From a virus (Duplodnaviria > Caudoviricetes): a stretch of 64,000 nucleotides of DNA. Of this stretch, positions 9,789-17,712 are shown one piece after another. The stretch spans positions 1 through 64,000 of the IMG/VR virus record IMGVR_UViG_3300044719_000253, one strand, 5' to 3'. The notes under the pieces are model-generated. The model was not told where the DNA came from, did not search any database, and saw only the letters and a program-made list of their open reading frames with translations. A program made the position numbers and the translations under genes. Each line of letters opens with the position of its first letter. Positions within the stretch are counted from its first letter, which is position 1.

Positions 9789-9825
9789 ACGGCATAAAGG
9801 CTGACGGGGGATTCCCCCGTCAGCC
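9789..9825 (-). terminator. hairpin plus TTTATGCCGT
   Basis: ggctgacggggg att cccccgtcagcc 12-bp stem right after the glycosyltransferase stop. Confidence 0.75.
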
Positions 9826-9827
9826 CC

Positions 9828-10832
9828 TTAGCCACGTGCTCGCTGTTGACCCGCCGTGAGCATATAGCTCAGGTGGCTGCGCATACTGCTGGCAAACAAC
9901 TTCATCAAAGTCGTGAGTGTCGACCCTTTACGCTCTGGGATGGTTTCAAACAACAGCTTGGCCCAGTTGGCAGCGCATTGACGGGTGGTGACTTCTTGTG
10001 CACGTTGATGTGCACGTTCCACCATGGCTTGGTACAACACAGGATCGTTTTTCAATCGCAGAATCGCTTCACGCGCTTCAGCTTCGGATTTGACTTCGAT
10101 GTAATCCAACTCATCGCGCTTGAGTTCCCGGAACGCTTGTTCCGGCCCCAGGATCGCCGGCACACCTGCCAACCAGGCGTTGATGAGTTTGCTGGCCGGC
10201 TTGTTGGCGTACAGACGCGAGGTATCTTTGCGCATAGCCACCACCACATCCACATCGCGATAGTCGTGCCAATTGACTTGATATGCGGTGTTGTTACCCG
10301 TGAACGTCACTGCATCCGTCCGCCATTCCATACCTTGCTCCCGCAGTGACTCCGCCCATTCCGGCGTGGTCAAGCCTTGGGCCATTTCCCCCACTGCGCC
10401 TTTGAACGCCACATTCTCGACTTTGCAATCCCGTGCCGGATCGCGCGCGATCAAACCGGGTTGCGGCCAGTGCTGAATGTGGAACGTTTTGTTGTTACCC
10501 GCTGAGTGGGCGTTTTGCACGATCTCGAAATCAGCATTAGCGCGATGCGGACGATCAGCCCGCACCACCACCAAGGTGAGGTCAGACAGCAGACTGCGGC
10601 CGCGCAACACATCGCTAACATGGTCAGCGTGTACCACGGCGATGCCCGAGGTCGGGACTTTATGGCTGAGTATAACCGGCAGACCCATCTGTTTCAGGCG
10701 CAGATAGGTTTGACCGATCCAGACTTGTACGCCGGTGCCAAACAATTGAAAATCCCGATCCGGATCGGCCTTGATGAGACTAGCGACTTGTTCAGCATCC
10801 GGGATGAAAAACGTAACAGCTTGATGTGCCAT
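9828..10832 (-). CDS. glycosyltransferase (GT-B, CgeB/Glyco_trans_1-like)
   Basis: KPASKLINAWLAGVPAILG..AF.EL...YI......AILRL...P.LY..M is the donor-binding C-terminal signature. Confidence 0.7.
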   Translation of the reverse strand: MAHQAVTFFIPDAEQVASLIKADPDRDFQLFGTGVQVWIGQTYLRLKQMGLPVILSHKVPTSGIAVVHADHVSDVLRGRSLLSDLTLVVVRADRPHRANADFEIVQNAHSAGNNKTFHIQHWPQPGLIARDPARDCKVENVAFKGAVGEMAQGLTTPEWAESLREQGMEWRTDAVTFTGNNTAYQVNWHDYRDVDVVVAMRKDTSRLYANKPASKLINAWLAGVPAILGPEQAFRELKRDELDYIEVKSEAEAREAILRLKNDPVLYQAMVERAHQRAQEVTTRQCAANWAKLLFETIPERKGSTLTTLMKLFASSMRSHLSYMLTAGQQRARG

Positions 10833-11050
10833 GATATTCTCCCTAATAGATAAAAGAGGCAAAGATACTTCTGTATCCTTATTCGCTAGTAGGATATAGA
10901 CTTGAAAAAATCTAGCGCCTTATAATCCCACGCTCAACAACTCGCTGATTTTATTTCACACAACTAATAAAGAAAATTGATAAAACGATACCAAAAAGTT
11001 GCCTAACAAAAAAAAGGCGGCATAACCAGGGGATTAACCCCCGGTATGTG

Positions 11051-11551
11051 TTATTTGATTTCACCACAATGACGGGGTGCGGCATAGATCGGATTACCCA
11101 AATCGCCGTAGATTCGCAGCGCCAGTTCTTCTGCACTCTGGGCGATTTGGCGGATATAGCCACCCAGTGTGACATCACGACTCGGGTCGCTCCAATACGC
11201 GACATACGTCATGACAATATCTTTGGGCAAAGCGATCCGCGCCGCTTCATTGGCCACCGCTTGCACGAACACCGCATCCCCGATACAACGAATCAACGTA
11301 CCCGCTTCAGCCAGTTCCCTGACTTTCTCCATTCCCATTTTGGTATTCTCACCGGTGTTATACGGCGGCACGCTCACCTCGCCTGCGCCGTTGCAGTGTG
11401 GACAGGTATTGTTCACCATCGCAATGGCCAGGTCTTCGGCTTCTTGGGATAATTGATTGGCGTGGTCGAGGATGAGTACCGTTTTGCGAGTAGCGACGGT
11501 TTTCTTACCTTTACACAGTGGGCAGGTTTGTTTCTTGGATTGATACAGCAT
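11051..11551 (-). CDS. protein with DnaJ-type zinc-finger motifs
   Basis: CPLCKGKK and CPHCNGAG (CxxCxGxG). Confidence 0.65.
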   Translation of the reverse strand: MLYQSKKQTCPLCKGKKTVATRKTVLILDHANQLSQEAEDLAIAMVNNTCPHCNGAGEVSVPPYNTGENTKMGMEKVRELAEAGTLIRCIGDAVFVQAVANEAARIALPKDIVMTYVAYWSDPSRDVTLGGYIRQIAQSAEELALRIYGDLGNPIYAAPRHCGEIK

Positions 11552-11643
11552 GGGGTTTCCTTTCTGTTGTTGGTTATCGACACACCATCGTTAGCGAGGA
11601 TATTTTTACGACGGCATAGCGAGAGGGCAAACGCCCCCTCGGC

Positions 11644-12135
11644 TTATGCTTTCTTGAGCAATACGGCGTGCAGCAACTCCAGTTCACGTTTGGTGACTTG
11701 ATAGACGGTTTCACCAGCCCGACCATAAGCACCCGGATCTTCCGAGATGATCGCTTCGAAGAGGTCCACGAATTCTTCTTTGGTGGCGGGCAGTGCTGTT
11801 TCGCGGGGTGATTCGCCAGTATTTGCGATGTAGGCGTCTACCGCCTTTTGGGCATAGAGCAGCGTCTGTGCCTTCGTGTAATAACCCACTTTCACGATCA
11901 GGCTCATCAGGATAGCTGGGCGGCCGAGTTCCGGATAGTGCGCCGCCATGGTGTCTTCGATGGCTTTGGTCATCTGCTCGGTCGCATTTGCGTGCGCCAT
12001 CCTAGCGATGTCCATGATGCACTTCCTGAAATCCCGGCTATCCAAGCCGAAGAGTTCTTTCATGATGCGCTTGGTCGAATCGTATTGATAATCCGTCAAG
12101 AAGTACGGGTTGGTATGTGGTGCTCTGTCGGTCAT
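11644..12135 (-). CDS. hypothetical protein
   Basis: ORF ending at a hairpin. Confidence 0.7.
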   Translation of the reverse strand: MTDRAPHTNPYFLTDYQYDSTKRIMKELFGLDSRDFRKCIMDIARMAHANATEQMTKAIEDTMAAHYPELGRPAILMSLIVKVGYYTKAQTLLYAQKAVDAYIANTGESPRETALPATKEEFVDLFEAIISEDPGAYGRAGETVYQVTKRELELLHAVLLKKA

Positions 12136-12202
12136 GACTTAACTTTCTTCTTCGGTACGTTACCCATGGCGATACAGTGAGGACAGGTGCAGCTACACTT
12201 TT

Positions 12203-12562
12203 TCATGTTGTTTCCTTTTTAAACGGGGTAAGAAAACGGGCGAGCCAGTCTTCACCAAATTCCGCCAATGTGATGTTTTCGAAGAACCATTCTTTTGTGG
12301 GCTGAATTCCTTCGCTGGCGCGCTGGCGGATATAGACCGAGAACGCTTGCGCGGATGGGTTGACTTCGATATCGCAGTAATGCGTGCCGTTGTCCCAGTA
12401 CAGACAGATCTCACCATCTTCGTTATGCCCGCCGTGCATGATGGGGATATAATCCGCCTGTAGCACTTTGGCCAACGCCAAAAAGGCGCGTTGGTATTTC
12501 CGCCGGGTGGGGCTTTTCTTGATGTCCGCCACCAGACGTTTGTAATCGTAACTGCGCCGCAT
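12203..12562 (-). CDS. hypothetical protein
   Basis: ORF with AGGA SD. Confidence 0.65.
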   Translation of the reverse strand: MRRSYDYKRLVADIKKSPTRRKYQRAFLALAKVLQADYIPIMHGGHNEDGEICLYWDNGTHYCDIEVNPSAQAFSVYIRQRASEGIQPTKEWFFENITLAEFGEDWLARFLTPFKKETT

Positions 12563-12625
12563 GTCCTATCCTTATTTTCAGACAGCATAAGAGGAGGGAC
12601 CGCAGCCCCTCCAACTCATACCACG

Positions 12626-13042
12626 TTAGTGTCCCATCGCGCGAGTTAACCACCACTCGTGCTCTGGCTTGATCTCCATGAAGTCTACCGTCTCGCTGTA
12701 ATACCCGTTGCTAGAGCCATGCCAACGAATATCCACATACCCCTTGATCGTGGCGAATTTGTAGAACGTCCAGGTGTTGCTTCCATCCTCCCAGTCAACC
12801 TCGATAGAGTTCTCAGGGCGGTCTTGGCTAACCGCTTCTTCTGCAAGCAGAATCGGCGATCCGATCAGATCATTGAAGTCTCCGACGATTGATTCGATTT
12901 CCACTGTCTCACAACAGTTTTGGTCGTGGTGCAGGGCGTATCGCACCCCTTCATCTGTCGTAAACAGGATCGCGTCTTTCATGCCGTTGACTTCGATCTT
13001 CACCAACGTTTTTCCCAACAGTGCAACAACTTCCATTTTCAT
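12626..13042 (-). CDS. conserved phage protein (H.Q.CCE.V ... TWTFYK.AT.KG.V.IRW.G.SNGYYSE family)
   Basis: Recognisable widespread phage family motif; function unknown. Confidence 0.75.
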   Translation of the reverse strand: MKMEVVALLGKTLVKIEVNGMKDAILFTTDEGVRYALHHDQNCCETVEIESIVGDFNDLIGSPILLAEEAVSQDRPENSIEVDWEDGSNTWTFYKFATIKGYVDIRWHGSSNGYYSETVDFMEIKPEHEWWLTRAMGH

Positions 13043-13107
13043 ATCCTTGAGTTAGCTCGCCAATTGCGAAGCCTGCGCTTAGACGACTAACGCTTGAATA
13101 TGATTTA

Positions 13108-13311
13108 CTACTCAACCACTTCAACCCAAACACGCTTACGCCACAGATAGCAATTGGGTTTCTCGCCATCCGTGTAAACCACATAACCTTCACTGGTGCG
13201 CCATGCGCTGACGATCTTGCCTTTGTTGAGTTTATCCAGCGCGCGTAACTGTTTGTTCGACAGTTCATACGCGTGGATCGCCCGAGGGCGCATCGCTAGT
13301 TCTTCACACAT
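13108..13311 (-). CDS. hypothetical protein
   Basis: AGGAAGG SD. Confidence 0.55.
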   Translation of the reverse strand: MCEELAMRPRAIHAYELSNKQLRALDKLNKGKIVSAWRTSEGYVVYTDGEKPNCYLWRKRVWVEVVE

Positions 13312-13328
13312 AACGCCTTCCTATAAAG

Positions 13329-13413
13329 CGTGGAGGGGAGGAGTCGAACCTCGCCAGCGAACTGGACCTCCGCCACACAAGAGTGCCTCATAACCGATCG
13401 GCTAACCCTCCAC
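13329..13413 (-). tRNA. tRNA-like gene with 8-bp acceptor and 4-bp T stem (allo-tRNA-like), class II variable arm, possible GUG anticodon
   Basis: GTGGAGGG/CCCTCCAC acceptor, GCC/GGC D stem with GG, CCAG-TTCG-CTGG variable arm, GAGG-TTCGACT-CCTC T arm, G discriminator, no encoded CCA, irregular anticodon arm. Confidence 0.7.
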
Positions 13414-13420
13414 ATAAAAC

Positions 13421-13849
13421 TTACCGCACCAGCGTCATCCGCACGGCCCAGACCGATTTTTTCACTGGTGGGAGGTGCACCCACGGGGCCGGGTGATCGA
13501 CGACAGGACGGAAATAGGTAAATTTCCTCGACGCATCCGTCCCCCAGAGGTCGCAGTCTTTAAGGAGAACATTTTTCGGGACAACGATTCGATTCTTGGG
13601 GAAAATCGAAGCCGACTCGATGGTCATACTCAAGTTATCTTTGACCAAGTCCCAATGGTCGATCAGCTTGTTGTACGAGATGTTCCTGAAAGACGCCTCG
13701 GGACTGAACCGCACACGAATGTGAATCGGGTCGTGCGGATGCAGTTCCCGGTGCCTTTTGATCCACGCATCGCATTCTTCGAGGGTGTGAAAGTTAACAT
13801 CCTTGCCGGCACCGATTATTACTTCGATGCCTTCGTCTTGCTTTTCCAT
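13421..13849 (-). CDS. hypothetical protein
   Basis: ORF; start MEKQ at 13849. Confidence 0.65.
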   Translation of the reverse strand: MEKQDEGIEVIIGAGKDVNFHTLEECDAWIKRHRELHPHDPIHIRVRFSPEASFRNISYNKLIDHWDLVKDNLSMTIESASIFPKNRIVVPKNVLLKDCDLWGTDASRKFTYFRPVVDHPAPWVHLPPVKKSVWAVRMTLVR

Positions 13850-13872
13850 GTTACTTTTCTTTCTTCGAATGG

Positions 13873-14040
13873 TTACCACATCAATGTCATGCGGATCGCC
13901 ATGACCAACGGTTTGAGCTTAGGGCGCCACCATTGGCGAGGATTGAGGGGTGTGGTGCTCACCCACGTCGGAATCCCTTCGGTGCTACCGCGCCGCCACA
14001 CCTGGCCGTTTTCGATCTTGATATCAGGGTCATTCATCAT
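13873..14040 (-). CDS. small hypothetical protein
   Basis: Fills gap; start overlaps upstream stop region. Confidence 0.4.
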   Translation of the reverse strand: MMNDPDIKIENGQVWRRGSTEGIPTWVSTTPLNPRQWWRPKLKPLVMAIRMTLMW

Positions 14041-14329
14041 TGATTCGAATGCTCCAGTGCTCGAAGGCGTCGTCGGTTTTTCTCCATCGGTTATTTTCCC
14101 ACACGTGAGTGGGTCGATCACTCTCGGTGAATGAGATACCCACATTACCAGCCCATGATCCGACCCACACTTTGGTGATGCGTCCAATCAGGGCTGCGCG
14201 ATAATACTGGAGAACATTGAGGTCCTTGATTTCACCACATTCAAAGACACCGATCATGTTGGCCGAAAGGTTGGATTGAATAGAAATACTTTTACCGAGT
14301 GACCGGCCTTTTTGAATGATGACGTTCAT
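14030..14329 (-). CDS. hypothetical protein
   Basis: ATGA-coupled to upstream ORF. Confidence 0.6.
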   Translation of the reverse strand: MNVIIQKGRSLGKSISIQSNLSANMIGVFECGEIKDLNVLQYYRAALIGRITKVWVGSWAGNVGISFTESDRPTHVWENNRWRKTDDAFEHWSIRINDE

Positions 14330-14523
14330 GGGTGTTGTTTATCGATTTGTTGAAGCAACGCAAACGTCGACAGGCCGGTGAAACGCATATCGTCGCGCAT
14401 GCGGTTGCTGATCTCCACCGGCTTACCGTTTTTCATGATCACGACTTTGTGCAAGGGCGTGCGATTGATCGCGTCGATCTCCGCTTGCAACTCCCGCACC
14501 CGTTCCAGAGAAATTTCGTTCAT
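14326..14523 (-). CDS. hypothetical protein
   Basis: ORF in tandem array. Confidence 0.6.
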   Translation of the reverse strand: MNEISLERVRELQAEIDAINRTPLHKVVIMKNGKPVEISNRMRDDMRFTGLSTFALLQQIDKQHP

Positions 14524-14529
14524 GATTAA

Positions 14530-14877
14530 TTACACCCGAGGTTGATCTTTCTTGGGTTTGGGGCAAAGTGAGACAGCTTGCGCCCGACCAGGTTGCCACC
14601 ATGAGATTTTTTGCCAACCTTTCACGTCAGCTTCTTTTTCGAACCACGTTCTAACGTCTTGGTTGATCTCATTAACAACCGTCCTAGTTGCCAAGCAATA
14701 GCAATTCAACACGTCCAACAATGACATCGAATAGCCAATCGACGGTTCTCTATCAGAAGATTCCAACGCGGTTACCGATGGTATATAATCAAAATGAACA
14801 CCTTCCGGTCTGTGATAATTAAAACCAGGTATTTGAATCGCCGCGGTTTTCTTAACAGATGTTTTTCTGGTCGTCAT
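14530..14877 (-). CDS. hypothetical protein (AT-richer than neighbours)
   Basis: ORF in tandem array. Confidence 0.6.
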   Translation of the reverse strand: MTTRKTSVKKTAAIQIPGFNYHRPEGVHFDYIPSVTALESSDREPSIGYSMSLLDVLNCYCLATRTVVNEINQDVRTWFEKEADVKGWQKISWWQPGRAQAVSLCPKPKKDQPRV

Positions 14878-14879
14878 GA

Positions 14880-15554
14880 TTAATCCCAGTTAGAGGAAGC
14901 ACCGCCACCATCGAAAGTTCCGCCAGCGCCATCATAGTTGGGGGTGGTATCCGTAGCACTGGAAAAGTCCATCACCGCATTTACCGCATTGACGATTGCC
15001 AGCGAGTCGTCGAAATCGTTATTACGGCGCCGACGCGCCTCATCGTTTTCAGCTTCAATCCGTCGCAGACTGGCCAAAGCATCTTGTTCTTGTTGTCGGG
15101 CGGCCAGCAACGCTTGCTGTGCGTTCAGGCCATGGTGGTTGCTGACGGCCGGGGTGTTTTTAGCTTGCGCTAACGCGGCTTTGCGCATTGTATCCACCCC
15201 ACGTTGGGTTTTCTGAAAGCGTTCCACTTCCGGAGTGAGACCCAGATCCTTGGTCGTGATCGCGTGCGGATTACTGCGGTGCATCTGTTCCAGTTTCTCT
15301 AGCCACTGTTGCTTCGACTTGGCGTCATGGAGACGTTGTCGTGTGTCCGACTCATAAAACCCAGCAGTTGCGCGAGTACCAAGTTCTTCTAACGAACGCT
15401 GTTGCACTTCATGCAGATCCTTCGAAATACGGCGGATCGCTTCCGGATGCGATACGGACCGAGTCGTCTCGACACGAATCACTTGCGTGGTACTTTCAGC
15501 TTGAGTTGGTTGCTTCGTTTTGCCGCCAAACAGTTTCTTGAAAAAGTTCCACAT
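14880..15554 (-). CDS. hypothetical protein with Gly-rich C-terminal tail (GGTFDGGGASSNW)
   Basis: True start likely MWNFF at 15554 (GGAG SD); the upstream in-frame extension crosses a terminator motif. Confidence 0.7.
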   Translation of the reverse strand: MWNFFKKLFGGKTKQPTQAESTTQVIRVETTRSVSHPEAIRRISKDLHEVQQRSLEELGTRATAGFYESDTRQRLHDAKSKQQWLEKLEQMHRSNPHAITTKDLGLTPEVERFQKTQRGVDTMRKAALAQAKNTPAVSNHHGLNAQQALLAARQQEQDALASLRRIEAENDEARRRRNNDFDDSLAIVNAVNAVMDFSSATDTTPNYDGAGGTFDGGGASSNWD

Positions 15555-15572
15555 AAGCACTCCAAAAATTTG

Positions 15573-15941
15573 ACGGCATAACAAAAGGGTCAAGGGGTGA
15601 GACGCGGGGATGAGCATCGCGGTTACGCGCCACACCCACCCCCGTTCTCGATGACTCCAACAGCATCTGCCCGTCGTGGCCACAACGAACAAACCCATCA
15701 AAGGCTGCGCTCCCATGAAAGGGCCAACATCTTCCAAGCTCCGCTTTCGGTTACAAGGTCGAATCAGACAAAGCACAACTTGCCAACCGTCCGCCACGGT
15801 CCCTTGACAGGGGAACGCGCCAACGCACTGGCCGTACAGTTTCAGCACTCGTGTCAGGAATGCCACTAGACTCCCATCCAATCCCCTACCCTGTGGTCTG
15901 GGGGACGAGAGCAACGGCTACCACTGTTAAGTCCGTTGGTA
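15573..15941 (-). ncRNA. candidate ~370-nt structured ncRNA between hammerhead cleavage site and terminator
   Basis: Many short stems (15786-15800, 15800-15814, 15741-15750, 15594-15643); ends in hairpin plus TTATGCCGT; no SD-linked ORF. Confidence 0.5.
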
Positions 15942-16034
15942 TACATCCCACGCTGGAAATGTCGTGAGATGTTTCGAAGGGTTTGCAACCTTGCCTGTTA
16001 TCCAGGGGCCGACTTCCACGGCTCGTCAGTACCA
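15937..16034 (-). ncRNA. type I hammerhead ribozyme, variant with expanded stem II region
   Basis: Minus strand: TGGTA-CTGACGA-G...C-GAAAC-ATCTCACG-loop-CGTGGGAT-GT-A-TACCA; 5-bp stem I, 10-bp stem III, complete core, GUA cleavage site at 15942. Confidence 0.75.
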
Positions 16035-16262
16035 TTATTTAAAAGGGTGGGTTTACTAAGGTGACCTTAAAGTCTAAACAAGAGCTTTCTTGATACGATG
16101 ATCACTGAATGGACAATGCGACCCGCGGTCGATCCAGAGCAAACCCATTGGACGGATAAACGCAACAGGAGGAACCCAAATCTTAGTTGTAGAGTGTCAA
16201 CAACACAACCCCAGTAAAGTTAAGATAACTCTACTAGACTTAGATTCCTTCTGTCGTATTCA

Positions 16263-16337
16263 TGGTGCCGATAGAGTGAATCAAACACTCGACCTTACGC
16301 TTACAAGGCGTCTGCTCTGTCACTGAGCTATATCGGC
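16263..16337 (-). tRNA. trnT: tRNA-Thr(UGU)
   Basis: 7-bp acceptor GCCGATA/TATCGGC, anticodon loop CT-TGT-AA, encoded CCA; T loop reads TTTGATT. Confidence 0.9.
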
Positions 16338-16351
16338 ATGTTGTTTGCAAA

Positions 16352-16468
16352 ACGCGTACTGTTACGTCAAAGGAGATTCGAACTGCCATCTACTATTTCC
16401 CCGCGGACCAACACGGTCAACGCTTCGCTCCACTCATTAAGGATGGCTGCTTCTAAGCCAACCACATA
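16352..16468 (-). ncRNA. 23S rRNA H43-H44 (L11/GTPase-associated centre) mimic with internal insertion
   Basis: GGTTGGCTTAGAAGCAGCCATCCTTAATGAGT, then a ~60-nt insert, then GACGTAACAGTAC; matches recalled 23S GTTGGCTTAGAAGCAGCCATC..TTAAAGAGTGCGTAATAGC. Confidence 0.7.
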
Positions 16469-16485
16469 ATGCAAACAAAAAGTTG

Positions 16486-16794
16486 TTACAGCCAATAGTC
16501 CCGAGGGGCTTTGGCTTCGAGCATGACTTCGAATTCTTCACCACGCACATAACGATACAGTTGTGCTTTCGCTTTGCGGCGTTGTGGACGTTCGGTGGTG
16601 AGGTTACGGAACCAAGCCGGGCCGGGTTCTTTCCAAGTCATGGTCTTATCAGCGCGTTGTTTGGCTAAACGTTTTCGTCCTTCCTTGGATTTCGGATCGA
16701 TGCGGATACGGTCGCCATTGGCGTTGTAATCGTGCAAGACCCAGTCCCGGGTGTAGAAAAAGTTATGGCCTTTATCGCGGTAGGTACGAGACAT
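16486..16794 (-). CDS. basic Arg/Lys/Trp-rich small protein (MSRTYR-type) of phage tRNA regions
   Basis: GGAG SD; highly basic, suggests RNA or ribosome binding. Confidence 0.7.
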   Translation of the reverse strand: MSRTYRDKGHNFFYTRDWVLHDYNANGDRIRIDPKSKEGRKRLAKQRADKTMTWKEPGPAWFRNLTTERPQRRKAKAQLYRYVRGEEFEVMLEAKAPRDYWL

Positions 16795-16818
16795 CTCAGC
16801 TCCATGTGGTAGTTAAAC

Positions 16819-16827
16819 CTATTTCAT
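16819..16827 (-). other. minigene ATG-AAA-TAG with strong SD
   Basis: AGGAGG (16833-16838) 5 nt upstream of ATGAAATAG. Confidence 0.55.
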
Positions 16828-16892
16828 GGTAGCCTCCTATCAATAAAGGGCCCTAATCCCATCGGGGGTTAGGGAGGATGTATGCTGCTTAC

Positions 16893-16968
16893 AAAAAAAG
16901 AAGGCTTCATTGGCTGACTCGGGTTTGCAACCGTGTCGCCATGACGTTTTTTGTCAACCAATGAAGCC
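16893..16968 (-). terminator. intrinsic terminator with large loop
   Basis: GGCTTCATTGG/CCAATGAAGCC 11-bp stem followed by TTCTTTTTTT. Confidence 0.7.
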
Positions 16969-17062
16969 AGAGGGGTGCGCTAGAACCTCGGCACTAACTG
17001 AGGAGGAAGTACGTTGAAAGGTCCAGCTTTCTTAAGGTCCTAGCGCGAACGGGCGCCCGTGT
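16969..17062 (-). ncRNA. structured RNA with preQ1-I-like hairpin and competing 12-bp stem
   Basis: GAGG-TTCTAGCGCACC-CCTC at 16969-16990; alternative GCGCTAGGACCT/AGGTTCTAGCGC stem (17035-17046 with 16977-16988). Confidence 0.4.
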
Positions 17063-17165
17063 CAGCTTCTTGGAATTCACTTTTTAGCCTGATAGCGCCA
17101 TCTTTCATAATGACGACATCGGGTTAATCGGGAATAACTGACGTGGGCATTGATCGGGAGAAGAC

Positions 17166-17630
17166 TTACGCCTTCAAAAATTCTGATGCATACTGAACTG
17201 CCTTGATGGCGTCAGCGTTACCGCCTTTCAACATATTAGCCAAGAATTCGCCGCTGGCTTGAACAACCAAAGGGTTCTTTTGGCTGGCCCGGGTGAGCGC
17301 ATCGACAACGTTATCGAAACCCAGCGCGGTCAGAGCGGCTGTAGCGACATCTTCATCGTTAAGTTCTTGGCTGGGTTCCAGCGAGCACGGAACGTTGGTG
17401 GCACGCGAAGCGATGGTTTTACCTGCATCGCTCAGCACATACACGTTACCGTGCATGAGATATTCTTCTGGATCGTGTTCCGGACTGTGAATGATGCAGG
17501 TATCCAGACCCTGCTCATTGCGTTTGAACTCGACCTTCCCGCCATCTGGCAAACTGATCAGCTGGAAAGCTTTGAATGGGCTCGAATCCGGCATGTCTTC
17601 ATTCGACATGAGTTTGACAAAACCTGCCAT
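17166..17630 (-). CDS. hypothetical protein
   Basis: AAGGAG SD. Confidence 0.7.
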   Translation of the reverse strand: MAGFVKLMSNEDMPDSSPFKAFQLISLPDGGKVEFKRNEQGLDTCIIHSPEHDPEEYLMHGNVYVLSDAGKTIASRATNVPCSLEPSQELNDEDVATAALTALGFDNVVDALTRASQKNPLVVQASGEFLANMLKGGNADAIKAVQYASEFLKA

Positions 17631-17712
17631 GGTACATTCTCCTTGTAGCTAGTAAGTGGTATCTCTACCGTGATGATTTTACTCTGTTCATCAAACAGTC
17701 CTACGAAAAACT

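Noticed and set aside
15555-15914. 120-codon N-terminal extension of the 14880 ORF
   Set aside because: It crosses a terminator motif and the structured RNA, has no SD, and a good SD precedes ATG 15554
16035-16262. Small ORF MGLLWIDRG... between tRNA-Thr and the hammerhead
   Set aside because: Only 24 codons with no convincing SD; cannot be supported
16352-16468. rRNA gene or host rRNA contamination
   Set aside because: The match is limited to the H43/H44 loops with an insertion, and the flanks are phage-like with no other rRNA sequence
17040-17165. tmRNA or tag-peptide reading frame
   Set aside because: No tRNA-Ala-like acceptor or T arm and no AA-ending tag; the short ORF MKDGAIR... lacks an SD
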